DNA from: Gemmatimonadota bacterium
Lineage (GTDB): Bacteria; Gemmatimonadota; Gemmatimonadetes; Longimicrobiales; RSA9
Direction: 5' to 3'
NCBI GenBank assembly: GCA_007126035.1
Contig: SLCC01000011.1
Coordinates: forward strand, 14,286 to 78,285
DNA: 64,000 nucleotides
Shown here: in pieces, positions 1 through 8,524 of the stretch
Layout: every line of letters begins with the position of its first letter
Position numbering within the stretch: position 1 is the first letter of the stretch
The notes under the pieces: model-generated
What the model saw: only the letters and a program-made list of their open reading frames with translations
Databases searched by the model: none
Told to the model about the DNA's origin: nothing
Program-made: the position numbers and the translations under genes

Positions 1-859
1 CCTGACGGAACGCCACGCCGTACGCGTACGCCTCACCCAGACGATAGCTCTCCGCCAGGGTGAGGGCCGGGATCCGGGTGAGGGTGGGCTGGAGGGCCGG
101 GTTGATCCCGTGGGCCGAGACCATGCCCCTGATGCTCGATGGCCGGCCGGTGAAGGCCCGCAGGTGCAGGTACTGGGACATGCGCTGGCCGTCGTTGACC
201 GGGTAGTTGTCCCAGAGGAACGGCTTGCGACGGAGCTGGCCGGCCACTCGCTCCAGGTGCGCTGGCGACAGCTCCCGTGACACCACCTCCTCGCCCGTCC
301 AGAACAGCTCGATCGACGGGTCCAGGGCCTGGCCCAGCCGCTCCAGGTACCCCGCCGGGCGAGCGCCGAAGACCCGGTCCAGGACCGGGTCGTCAGAGTA
401 GTACGTGGGGCAGACCACGACGCGATCCGCTCGGGTCCGCGCCGCCGCCCATTCCACGATCTCCACCTGCCGGTCCGCAAGCGCCGGGTCGTCGCCCCGC
501 ATGTCGTCGAAGAGGAGGGCCAGGTCCTGGATACCCAGGTCATCGAAGAAGTCGAGCTTCCGGGCCAGGGCCGCGCGAGCCGCGTCGCCGAAGTCCAGCC
601 AGATCTCGTACGGGCTGAGCCCGATCCCGAACCGGACGCCGGATTCCCGGCACTCCCCGGCCAGGGACCGGAGCCGGTCCTCCAGCTCCGGCGGGTGGTC
701 CTCCTGCCAGCGGCGGCGCAGCCAGGGGTCCGCCTTGGGGGCGTACAGGAAGAACCGGTACCCGTGCGGTGCCAGGAAGGAGAGGGTCCCGGCCCGCTCC
801 TCCCAGCTCCAGGGCCGGCCGTAGAAGCCTTCGATGATGCCCAGCTCGACGTGTTCCAT
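1..859 (-). CDS. GH84-type beta-N-acetylglucosaminidase (O-GlcNAcase-like); C-terminal part lies outside the window
   Basis: Not in the ORF track because it runs off the window. Reverse translation from the ATG at 859-857 gives MEHVELGIIEGFYGRPWSWEER..LYAPKADP..LALLFDDMRGDD..WDNYPVND. These match the GH84 GxxEGFYGxPW motif and the catalytic DD pair. AGGAGG lies 6 nt upstream of the ATG. No signal peptide. Confidence 0.8.
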   Translation of the reverse strand, partial: MEHVELGIIEGFYGRPWSWEERAGTLSFLAPHGYRFFLYAPKADPWLRRRWQEDHPPELEDRLRSLAGECRESGVRFGIGLSPYEIWLDFGDAARAALARKLDFFDDLGIQDLALLFDDMRGDDPALADRQVEIVEWAAARTRADRVVVCPTYYSDDPVLDRVFGARPAGYLERLGQALDPSIELFWTGEEVVSRELSPAHLERVAGQLRRKPFLWDNYPVNDGQRMSQYLHLRAFTGRPSSIRGMVSAHGINPALQPTLTRIPALTLAESYRLGEAYAYGVAFRQ

Positions 860-1042
860 GGAGAGCCTCCTGGCGACGACGGTAGGGTCACGTCCGTTCG
901 GTGGTCAAGTACCGGGCCGCCATAGCGGAGAGGGCGGGGCAGAGCGCTCAGGAGCCGGGTCCGCCGGCTCGCGACGCCGTTGCCCGCCCATCCGTCGGCC
1001 ACTACGTTTCCCGCTGCCACGCCCCCCTGACCCGACGATCTC

Positions 1043-1453
1043 ATGCCACTCGAGCCCGTTACACCCCGACGCCTCCGCCAAGGCTTCCTCTTCCTGCTGC
1101 TCCCGGCCCTCCTGCTGGCCGGCTGCGACAGCGTGGACAGGAGTGGTCCAGGCGAGCGGATCATGGCCATCGTCTCACCCCACGGCCCCGAAGGGGCGGC
1201 GGTGCTGCGGCTCATCGGCGGCCACGTGGAGGAGGTGGAGGCCGCCCGGGGGCACGCCTTCGTCGATCGTTCCGGTGGCGACCTGGTCGTGGTCCTGGTC
1301 AACGCGGTGGCGGGAGAATTGGCGTTGCGTCTGCTACTGGACGACGTTTCTCGGTTACCGGCGGCGGAGCTAATCCAGGTCGCTGGTCCGGACAACCGGC
1401 TCCGGGATGAGCTCTCGGCCTACGGCGTCACCTTCCGGAGGCCGGAGCGATGA
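1043..1453 (+). CDS. hypothetical lipoprotein
   Basis: 136-aa ORF with signal peptide and lipobox (LLLPALLLAGC). Its stop overlaps the start of the next gene (ATGA at 1450-1453). Confidence 0.55.
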   Translation: MPLEPVTPRRLRQGFLFLLLPALLLAGCDSVDRSGPGERIMAIVSPHGPEGAAVLRLIGGHVEEVEAARGHAFVDRSGGDLVVVLVNAVAGELALRLLLDDVSRLPAAELIQVAGPDNRLRDELSAYGVTFRRPER

Positions 1454-3111
1454 GGGGGGCAGGTCTGGCCCGCCGTCGCCTGGCACCGGTCGGACCGTTC
1501 CCATTGATCGGGCTGCTGGCCATGTTATGCGGCTACGGGGTCCCCGCGCACCTTGCCGCCCAGGACATCGAGGTGCTCTCAGCGCTCTCCGGCCGTCCGC
1601 TACCTTCAGGCTACTACGAGCAGGTGGCCAGGCAGCCTGACTTCTTCCAGATCCAGGCCGGCTGGACTCAGCGGGTGTCACCCTCGTGGAAGGGTGTGCC
1701 GGCCCGGGGCACCCTGCCGGTGCTGGTGGTGAACGTGCTCTTCGCCGACTCGCCGGAACCCACGGTGGACGAGACAGAGGTCCGGCGAGCGCTGTTCGAC
1801 GGGCCCTCAGCCTACGGCACCGTCACTCAGTACTTCGAGGAGGTGTCCGGGGGGCGCATCACCCTGGATGGCGAGGTGACGGCCTGGGTCCGGACCAGCC
1901 TGACGCTGGCGGAGGTGGTGGGCAGCTCGTACGGCCTGGGCTCCGACTCACGCATGGGCCAGTTCCTATGGGAGGCGCTGACCGCCATCGACAGCTTGAT
2001 CGACTGGGGTCGTTTCGACAACGATGGCCCCGACGGCATCCCCAACAGCGGCGACGACGACGGCGAGGTGGATGTGGTGGCGTTCCAGTTCACCGAGGTG
2101 TCAGCGCCGTGCGGCGGACCCGGGCCCTGGCCCCACCGGGCCCGGATCCGGTCCTGGCGGCCCACGCCGTTCGTGACCAGCGGTCGCCGACCCGATGGCT
2201 CGCCCATCGTGGTCAACGACTACATCATCCAGAGCGCCGTCGATTGCGACGGCGTGGAGGCACAGACTCCCGCGGTGATCGCCCACGAATTGGGCCATGT
2301 CTTCGGTCTGCCCGACCTGTACGACTCCACCGGCGGTATCGAGCCCCAGCATCGCCGGTGGGTGGTGGGCTGCTGGTCACTCATGGCCGCCGGCGCCTGG
2401 GGGTGCGGGCCCGGCGACGCGCCCATCAACGCCCTCCGACCCACCCACATGGGGCCATGGGAGAAGGGCATCCTGGGCTGGCTGGACGAGGTGGTGTCTG
2501 TCCAGGGCGTCCGGGAGAAGGAGTACGTCCTGGCGCCGGTGCGCCAGAGCGGCCGGGTGCTCCGGGTGCCCCTGAACGACAACGAATACCTGCTCATCGA
2601 GTACAGGGACCAGGCTGGCTTCGATCAGGACCTGCCGGCGGGAGGCGTCCTCATCTATCACATCGACCCCACGCTCCCGCTCCGGCCCTGTGCCACCTGC
2701 GAGAAGGTCTACCGCGTGGCCCTGGTCGAGGCGGACGACAACGACGGACTGGTCAGGACCGCCCTCGAGGGTGGGAACAGGGGCGAGGCTGGCGACGCCT
2801 TCGCTCACGCCGGGGCCGCGTCCTACTCCCTGGCCACGCGACCCCGGCTCCGTCCCAATTCCGGGCCGGCGTCGCCCGTGGTGATCCATTCCATCACCGT
2901 GGCGGACGGGCTGGCGAGGGTGGTCATCTCCACGGACCGGATCCCGGCGGAGCGGCTCCTGGATCACTTCCTGGGCTCCATCCGCGCGGGCGAGGGGCAC
3001 GAGCTGAGCGAGGCGGAGCTGCGCTTCCTGGACGAGCTGGGAAACGGCAACGGACAGTTCGACGTGGGCGACCTGCGTGCGTACCTGAACGCCTTCGGCA
3101 TCGGTAGTTGA
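1450..3111 (+). CDS. secreted M6-family (immune inhibitor A-like) zinc metalloprotease
   Basis: 553 aa with an N-terminal hydrophobic signal and the zinc motif AHELGHVFGLPDLYD typical of M6 peptidases. The C-terminal GNGNGQFDVGDLRAYL resembles a dockerin/EF-hand-like Ca-binding repeat. Confidence 0.8.
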   Translation: MRGAGLARRRLAPVGPFPLIGLLAMLCGYGVPAHLAAQDIEVLSALSGRPLPSGYYEQVARQPDFFQIQAGWTQRVSPSWKGVPARGTLPVLVVNVLFADSPEPTVDETEVRRALFDGPSAYGTVTQYFEEVSGGRITLDGEVTAWVRTSLTLAEVVGSSYGLGSDSRMGQFLWEALTAIDSLIDWGRFDNDGPDGIPNSGDDDGEVDVVAFQFTEVSAPCGGPGPWPHRARIRSWRPTPFVTSGRRPDGSPIVVNDYIIQSAVDCDGVEAQTPAVIAHELGHVFGLPDLYDSTGGIEPQHRRWVVGCWSLMAAGAWGCGPGDAPINALRPTHMGPWEKGILGWLDEVVSVQGVREKEYVLAPVRQSGRVLRVPLNDNEYLLIEYRDQAGFDQDLPAGGVLIYHIDPTLPLRPCATCEKVYRVALVEADDNDGLVRTALEGGNRGEAGDAFAHAGAASYSLATRPRLRPNSGPASPVVIHSITVADGLARVVISTDRIPAERLLDHFLGSIRAGEGHELSEAELRFLDELGNGNGQFDVGDLRAYLNAFGIGS

Positions 3112-3138
3112 CGTCGGGTTGCGTGCCAGGGCGAGCGG

Positions 3139-3807
3139 TCACGCCTGCAATCGCTCCGCCTGCTCCCTCAACGTCCGCCCCCGCGCCAGGTAGTACAGGA
3201 TCCCTGTCACCGCGCCGCCCAGGTGCGCGCCGTGGCCGATGGGCAGGCCCTCACCCTCGACCTGCATGATCAGCCCCCAGATGTCGATGGCCACGAACGC
3301 GAGCGCCGCAACGATGGCGGGCAGGGGGATGAAGAAGAACAGGAGCACCCTGGCCTTGGGGAACGACAGGGAGAACAGGAGCAGCACCCCCGCCAGGGCG
3401 GAGGAGGCGCCCAGCGCCGGCTGGCCGGGCATGCCTATGAGGAAGCCGGACGTGAGGGCGTGGGCCAGGGAGCCGATCGCTCCCGCCACCAGGTAGAACA
3501 CGAGGAACTTCCCGGGGCCCATCACCCGCTCGAGCGGCGGCCCGAAGCTGAGCAGCACGATCATGTTGACCAGCAGGTGGAACAGCAGGACGTGGGAGAA
3601 TACGGCAGTCAGCAGCACCCAGACCCGGCCGGCCACCAGGTGCTCCCAGCTCACCAGGAAGTGTCCCGCCATCACCTCCAGCGGTACGCCCTCCCAGATC
3701 CAGACTAAGAAGACGACGACGTTCACCATTGCCAGCGCGTTCACCACTGTCACCGAGCTGCGGCGAGGTGCCGGCGGCTCGGCTACGTCGTCTATACGAG
3801 TCGCCAT
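3139..3807 (-). CDS. rhomboid-family intramembrane serine protease
   Basis: Multi-TM protein with the GASSALAG (GxSxxxG serine) motif and the HLGGAVTG histidine motif. Start re-set to MATRIDD (ATG 3807), 8 nt after the upstream stop; the 5' extension in the track is Pro/Ser/Arg-rich junk. Confidence 0.8.
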   Translation of the reverse strand: MATRIDDVAEPPAPRRSSVTVVNALAMVNVVVFLVWIWEGVPLEVMAGHFLVSWEHLVAGRVWVLLTAVFSHVLLFHLLVNMIVLLSFGPPLERVMGPGKFLVFYLVAGAIGSLAHALTSGFLIGMPGQPALGASSALAGVLLLFSLSFPKARVLLFFFIPLPAIVAALAFVAIDIWGLIMQVEGEGLPIGHGAHLGGAVTGILYYLARGRTLREQAERLQA

Positions 3808-3814
3808 CTGCTGC

Positions 3815-5902
3815 TCACAATCCGAAGGGGAACGTTTCGGGCAGCCCTTCCAGCTCCGCCCGGTGCTCTTCACCAATCTGCGTGACCGCTTCGCTCCGGT
3901 CGAACCAGATCCATTCGTCGAACTGGCGGGGCAGGGAGGCGGAGAAGTAGTGGCTCTGTAGCTCGGTCTCGGGGCGGTATATGACGCCAATGGCCCGCTC
4001 CAGGCGCTGCTCCATCAGCCGCTCCCTCAGTGCCGGTCGCTCCGGTTTCCTCAGGTGAAGCAAGAAGTTCTCGACGCCACTTTCGTGGGCCAGGTTCTCG
4101 TAGCTCCGGGGGTTGGACGGCCGCACGTCCATGACCTGCATGGGCTCGCCCCAGTTCGAGGCCGCGGCCACCGTCCCGGTGTGGGTGCCGAAGCCCACCA
4201 GATAGGCCTGGTCCCCGAACCGCTCCCGGGCAAGCTGCCCCACATTGTGCTCGCCACGGGCGCCCATGGCCGTGGCCGACGCGTCGCCCAGGTGCGAGTT
4301 GTGGGCCCAGACCACGCCCCGGGAGTCGGGGCCGTACAGGTCCAGCAGCATGCTCAGCGTATCGAACATGTGCTGGTCCCGGAGGTTCCACGACGACACC
4401 GAGCCACGGTACATGCTCCGGTAGTACTTCTCCGCGGCGGCCACGAGCCTGGCGTTCTGGATGGCATCCGCCAGCCTTGCCCCATCCCGGCGGATGTAGT
4501 CCATCCGTTTGCGCAGCAGGTCATTCAGCATGGCCACGACCTCCTCCTCGCAGGCCGCGAAGGAGCCGGTGAGCACCGCGCGCCCGTACAGCACCGGGTC
4601 GTTCTGCCAGGGCATGAGACAGGCGTAGCGGTGGCGGGCGACGGCGGCGGCGTCCGGGTCCACGTCGTCCAGATATTTGAGCACCGCCTCGATGGACGCG
4701 TGCATGGAATACAGGTCGATGCCGTGGAAACCGGCCATCTTCCGGTGGAGCTCTCCGCCGCCCTCACGCCGGCCAGCTCTCGCGCCTTCCGCACCGGCCG
4801 CGCGCTCCCCACCAGCCGGGCCTTCGTTGTGCTTCCGGAGCCAGCGCACGAAGTCCAGCACGTCGGTGTTCGCCCACATCCAGCGCGGGAACCGCTGGAA
4901 CGGCTTCTGGCCGGACCGCTCCGCCGGGTCGTGCCGCACGTACGCGTCGATCTCAGCGGCGTCCGGCCAGTCCGCTTCCACGGCCACGAAGTCGAAGCCC
5001 AGCTCCTCGATGAGAGCCCTGGTGATGCGCGCGCGCATCCGGTAGAACTCCGACGTCCCGTGGCTCGCCTCACCCAGGAGCACCAGGCGGGCGTCGCCGA
5101 TGCGGGACAGGAGCGGGCCCAGGTTCGCCGTGGCCAGGTGGTCGAACGGCTCCGCCGACGCGGCCATGAGCCCCGGCAGCGTCTCCGGCGACGGGGTCGC
5201 CCCACCTGCCGTCAAGCCCCCTGACTCCTCCTCCGGGGCCCAGCCCGCCGCGCCGATGAGCGGGACGAACTGGACCGCTCCCAGGCTCTCCTCCCGGAAG
5301 GACTCGCCATCCTCCGACTTCCGCACCCGGAGCAGCTCCTGGCCCCAGCGGGTACCGCCCCGCGGGATGATGAGCCGGCCGCCGGGCGCCAACTGCTCCT
5401 TCAGCGGCTCGGGCACCCTGCCGGGACCGCCTGCCGCCACGATGATGGCATCGAACGGCGCGTGCTCGGGCCAGCCCAGCGTCCCGTCCCGCACCGCCAC
5501 GTGAACGTTGTCGTAGCCCAGTCGCCGGAATCGAGCCTCCGCCTCCGCCGCCAGTGTCGGATGCCGCTCCACCGTGTAGACCTCGCGGGCGATCCGGCCG
5601 AACACCGCCGCCGCGTAGCCCGAGCCGGCACCCACCTCCAGGACCCGGTCCCCGGGCCGCAGCTCGGCGATCTCCGCCATCACCGCCACCATGTACGGCT
5701 GTGAGATCGTCTGCTCCTCGCCGATGGGGAGCGGGCGGTCGTGGTAGGCGAAGCGGACCAGCTCCTCGGGCACGAACTCCTCCCGCGGGACCTGGCCCAT
5801 GGCATGGAGGACCGCCGCGTCCTGGATCCCACGGGCCACCAGCTGGAGCTCCACCATGTTCGCTCTCGCGTCCGCGAGCCCGTTCCTGCCCCGAATGATC
5901 AT
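3815..5902 (-). CDS. fusion protein: protein-L-isoaspartate O-methyltransferase (Pcm) domain + erythromycin-esterase-like (EreA/ChaN superfamily) domain
   Basis: The N-terminal ~210 aa carry TISQPYMVAVMAE and LEVGAGSGYAAAVF (Pcm SAM motif). The C-terminal ~450 aa carry LVLLGEASHGTSEFY and VAVEADWPDA, typical of the erythromycin esterase family. Confidence 0.8.
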   Translation of the reverse strand: MIIRGRNGLADARANMVELQLVARGIQDAAVLHAMGQVPREEFVPEELVRFAYHDRPLPIGEEQTISQPYMVAVMAEIAELRPGDRVLEVGAGSGYAAAVFGRIAREVYTVERHPTLAAEAEARFRRLGYDNVHVAVRDGTLGWPEHAPFDAIIVAAGGPGRVPEPLKEQLAPGGRLIIPRGGTRWGQELLRVRKSEDGESFREESLGAVQFVPLIGAAGWAPEEESGGLTAGGATPSPETLPGLMAASAEPFDHLATANLGPLLSRIGDARLVLLGEASHGTSEFYRMRARITRALIEELGFDFVAVEADWPDAAEIDAYVRHDPAERSGQKPFQRFPRWMWANTDVLDFVRWLRKHNEGPAGGERAAGAEGARAGRREGGGELHRKMAGFHGIDLYSMHASIEAVLKYLDDVDPDAAAVARHRYACLMPWQNDPVLYGRAVLTGSFAACEEEVVAMLNDLLRKRMDYIRRDGARLADAIQNARLVAAAEKYYRSMYRGSVSSWNLRDQHMFDTLSMLLDLYGPDSRGVVWAHNSHLGDASATAMGARGEHNVGQLARERFGDQAYLVGFGTHTGTVAAASNWGEPMQVMDVRPSNPRSYENLAHESGVENFLLHLRKPERPALRERLMEQRLERAIGVIYRPETELQSHYFSASLPRQFDEWIWFDRSEAVTQIGEEHRAELEGLPETFPFGL

Positions 5903-6117
5903 CTTTCCCCCCGTAATGCATCCCGGTCGTGCATCCCGGTCCCTCCTCCTCCGTGACGGCGGACGCAGGCTGCACGAACCGAACCGGCGCAGCGCCCGAG
6001 AACCGGCGGTCCGAGCCGGGGGTACAACGCCGGTGGTCGGGCTCTCGGAGGGATGTGACTTTCCAACACGCCCGCTCGTCCTTATCGTAGACGCGTAACT
6101 ATCAGAGCGAGGGGCTC

Positions 6118-6786
6118 ATGAACGACCGCATCCATGCCTGGCTCGACGGAGAGCTTCCGTTCGAGGCGCTGACGCCGCAGGAGCAGGCGGAGGCGCGAGC
6201 CGTGGAACGCGCGGTCCAGGCCGTGTCCGAGCAGCTGACCCATACCGCGGCTCCTGACCTCAGGGCGCCAGTGATGAGCCGGCTGGCCTCGGCTCCCGCG
6301 CAACCGGCGGCGGTCCGGCCCGCTCAGGTCCGCCGGCGTACCGTCCGCGCCTGGCTCCACGACGCGATCCCTGCCGGTGGCTTCGGGTTACGCCCCGCCG
6401 CCGCGCTTGCCACGTTCTCGCTCCTCATCGGCTTTGCCCTGGGATCGCTGCTTACCGGCGACGCGCGGTCCGGTCTGAACGGAGCCATGGCCGGTATCGA
6501 CGCTACGGCCGCCGCCCCTCAGGTCTTCGTCCGATTCGAGCTGGAGGCCGCCGACGTCTCCGATGTCCGGCTCGCCGGGTCGTTTACCGGCTGGGAGGCC
6601 GACATCGAGATGACTCCCGTCGGAGACGGCCTGTGGCGCGCCACGGTGCCCCTCGAGCCGGGCGTCCACGACTACGTCTTCATCCTCGATGGCGACCGGC
6701 ACGTGATCGACCCCTACGCCCCCAGAGTCGCCGACGGCTTCGGCGGATACAGCAGCCGCCTGGCTCTTCTCGACCCCGGCTCCTGA
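6118..6786 (+). CDS. anti-sigma-factor-like single-pass membrane protein with C-terminal CBM48/AMPK-beta-like carbohydrate-binding module
   Basis: The N-terminus MNDRIHAWLDGELP is anti-sigma-like. There is one TM helix (ATFSLLIGFALGSLL). The C-terminal VRLAGSFTGWEADIEMTPVGDGLWRATVPLEPGVHDYVFILDGD matches the glycogen-binding module pattern. Confidence 0.6.
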   Translation: MNDRIHAWLDGELPFEALTPQEQAEARAVERAVQAVSEQLTHTAAPDLRAPVMSRLASAPAQPAAVRPAQVRRRTVRAWLHDAIPAGGFGLRPAAALATFSLLIGFALGSLLTGDARSGLNGAMAGIDATAAAPQVFVRFELEAADVSDVRLAGSFTGWEADIEMTPVGDGLWRATVPLEPGVHDYVFILDGDRHVIDPYAPRVADGFGGYSSRLALLDPGS

Positions 6787-6805
6787 GCGGGAGCGGTGCT
6801 ACGGC

Positions 6806-7912
6806 GTGCCCTTACTCCTCCTCCTGCTGATTCTCCTGCTGGCGCCGCCCTCGGGCGGGGCCAGCCAGACCGTGCTATGGGGGGGCTACGGCCAGAACAC
6901 CGATTACGCCACCGGGCTGGCCACCGGCGAGACCTTCACGGCCGGTGTCGCCCACCTTCGTTATACCTCCGGGATCGCCGCTACCGTCGGGCTCCCGGCT
7001 GATCCCGACGGCTCGATCCGCTGGGGCACGGCCGCGGGCTGGTTCGATCAGCGCGCCCTGGGCTCGCCGTACGGCGTGGCAGGCGGCGGCAGCGTATTCG
7101 CGTACAGCGATCCGATTTTGGAGCGGAGCGGCGCCGGGACCGTCGCCTGGCTGGACGGCTACCGGGTGGTCCGACTGGCCCCGGCCGAGCTACGACTTCG
7201 CCTCGGCGCGCGGCACGGGATGGCCGTGGACGGCGCGGTTGGGGGCGACGCCACGTCCCAGCGGCTGCTGGGCCGCGCGGGCACCGAGCTGGGGGTGAGA
7301 GCGGGGGTCCTGGACGTCCGCGGGATGATGGATCACTGGCGGGCCGGGGAGGGTGGCTACACCCAGGCGGGCGCACGTGTAGCGCTGGTGGACCGCCGGA
7401 TCCAGGCATGGGCCGGGCTCAGCACGTGGCTCGACGATGAGCTCTCCGGGACCGGCTGGGACGTGGGCGCTCAGCTGGCCCTGACCGATCGTGTCGGCAT
7501 CACCGCCCGCGGCGGCGTCCAGGCCCAGGACATCCTGTTCCAGATCCCGCGCCAGCGTAGCTGGTCCGTGGCGCTGCAGGTCCGCACCGGGGCAGCCCCA
7601 CCGCTGCCCGGGCTGCCCGTGCCAGTCGTCAGGGACGGCCGTCGGGGTGTGAGCCTCACCCTGGAGAGCGACGCTCTCCCCGAGAACTCCTCGCCGCCGG
7701 CGCCGCCCGCCGTGGCCGGGACCTTCTCCGGCTGGGAGCGGGTCCCCATGCGGCGGGAGGGCGGCCGGTGGGTCGTCGAGCTGACGCTGGAGCCGGGAGT
7801 GTACGAGTACGCCTTCGTCACCGCTGAGGGCGAATGGTTCGTGCCACCAGAAACGCCAGGCCGCAAGCCTGACGGCTTCGGTGGCCACGTAGCCCTGCTG
7901 ATCGTCCAATGA
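6806..7912 (+). CDS. secreted beta-rich protein with C-terminal CBM48-like module
   Basis: GTG start and Leu-rich signal peptide (PLLLLLLILLLAPPSGGA). The C-terminal VAGTFSGWERVPMRREGGRWVVELTLEPGVYEYAFVTAEGEWF is paralogous to the end of the preceding gene. Overlaps the next gene by 4 nt. Confidence 0.6.
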   Translation: MPLLLLLLILLLAPPSGGASQTVLWGGYGQNTDYATGLATGETFTAGVAHLRYTSGIAATVGLPADPDGSIRWGTAAGWFDQRALGSPYGVAGGGSVFAYSDPILERSGAGTVAWLDGYRVVRLAPAELRLRLGARHGMAVDGAVGGDATSQRLLGRAGTELGVRAGVLDVRGMMDHWRAGEGGYTQAGARVALVDRRIQAWAGLSTWLDDELSGTGWDVGAQLALTDRVGITARGGVQAQDILFQIPRQRSWSVALQVRTGAAPPLPGLPVPVVRDGRRGVSLTLESDALPENSSPPAPPAVAGTFSGWERVPMRREGGRWVVELTLEPGVYEYAFVTAEGEWFVPPETPGRKPDGFGGHVALLIVQ

Positions 7913-8454
7913 ACGACCGGAGCGAAGCCGAGCTGGTCCGGGCCGTGCTGGCGGGTGACCTGCCAGCCTACGAGCCCCTCGTCGGCCGCTACCAGGACCG
8001 GCTGTTCCGCCGCGCCCTGGCCCTGGTCGGGGATCCGGACCTGGCCGCGGATCTCGTACAGGAAACGTTCATCCGGGCCTACACCAGCCTGGACAACGCG
8101 GACCCCGGCCGCTTCGGCGCCTGGATCCAGCGCATCCTCCGCAACCTGTGCCTGGATGAGCTCCGCTCGCCCCGGCAGCGTACGACTGTCCTCCCCCAGG
8201 ACCTGATCGGCACAGCGGCCCCGGACCGGGAGCTGGACCGACGGGAGCTGGGCGACGCCATCGCCACCGCCCTGGGCGACCTCGGCCCCACCATCCGCGA
8301 AGCCTTCGTCATGAAGCACGTGGAGGGGCTCAGCTACGAGGAGATGTCCACCCTGACCGGAGCGGCTCCGGGCGCCCTCAAGATGCGGGTCAAACGGGCC
8401 AGGGAAGCGCTCCAGACGGCGCTGGACCCGCTGCACCGGGACCTGGCCGTGTGA
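7909..8454 (+). CDS. ECF (sigma-70 family group 4) RNA polymerase sigma factor
   Basis: 181 aa. Region 2 reads YEPLVGRYQDRLFRRALALVGDPDLAADLVQETFIRAY. Region 4 HTH reads LSYEEMSTLTGAAPGALKMRVKRAREAL. Confidence 0.9.
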   Translation: MNDRSEAELVRAVLAGDLPAYEPLVGRYQDRLFRRALALVGDPDLAADLVQETFIRAYTSLDNADPGRFGAWIQRILRNLCLDELRSPRQRTTVLPQDLIGTAAPDRELDRRELGDAIATALGDLGPTIREAFVMKHVEGLSYEEMSTLTGAAPGALKMRVKRAREALQTALDPLHRDLAV

Positions 8455-8524
8455 CCTCGGCCGCCCCTGACTCGTCATAGGGATGAACAAGGCGGATCAG
8501 ACACCGATCGAAACGGAGATAAAG

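Noticed and set aside
1686-3107. 473-aa plus-strand ORF overlapping the M6 protease gene in another frame. Similar long overlapping ORFs occur at 4055-5224(+), 15474-16577(-), 17184-18425(-), 18359-19591(-), 30589-32076(-), 49399-50850(-), 56053-57204(+), 58514-59536(-), 61381-63072(+) and 61976-63463(-).
   Set aside because: The translations are Arg/Pro/Gly/Ala-rich and low-complexity, with no recognisable motifs. Each fully overlaps a motif-supported gene. Such stop-free shadow frames are expected in very GC-rich DNA.
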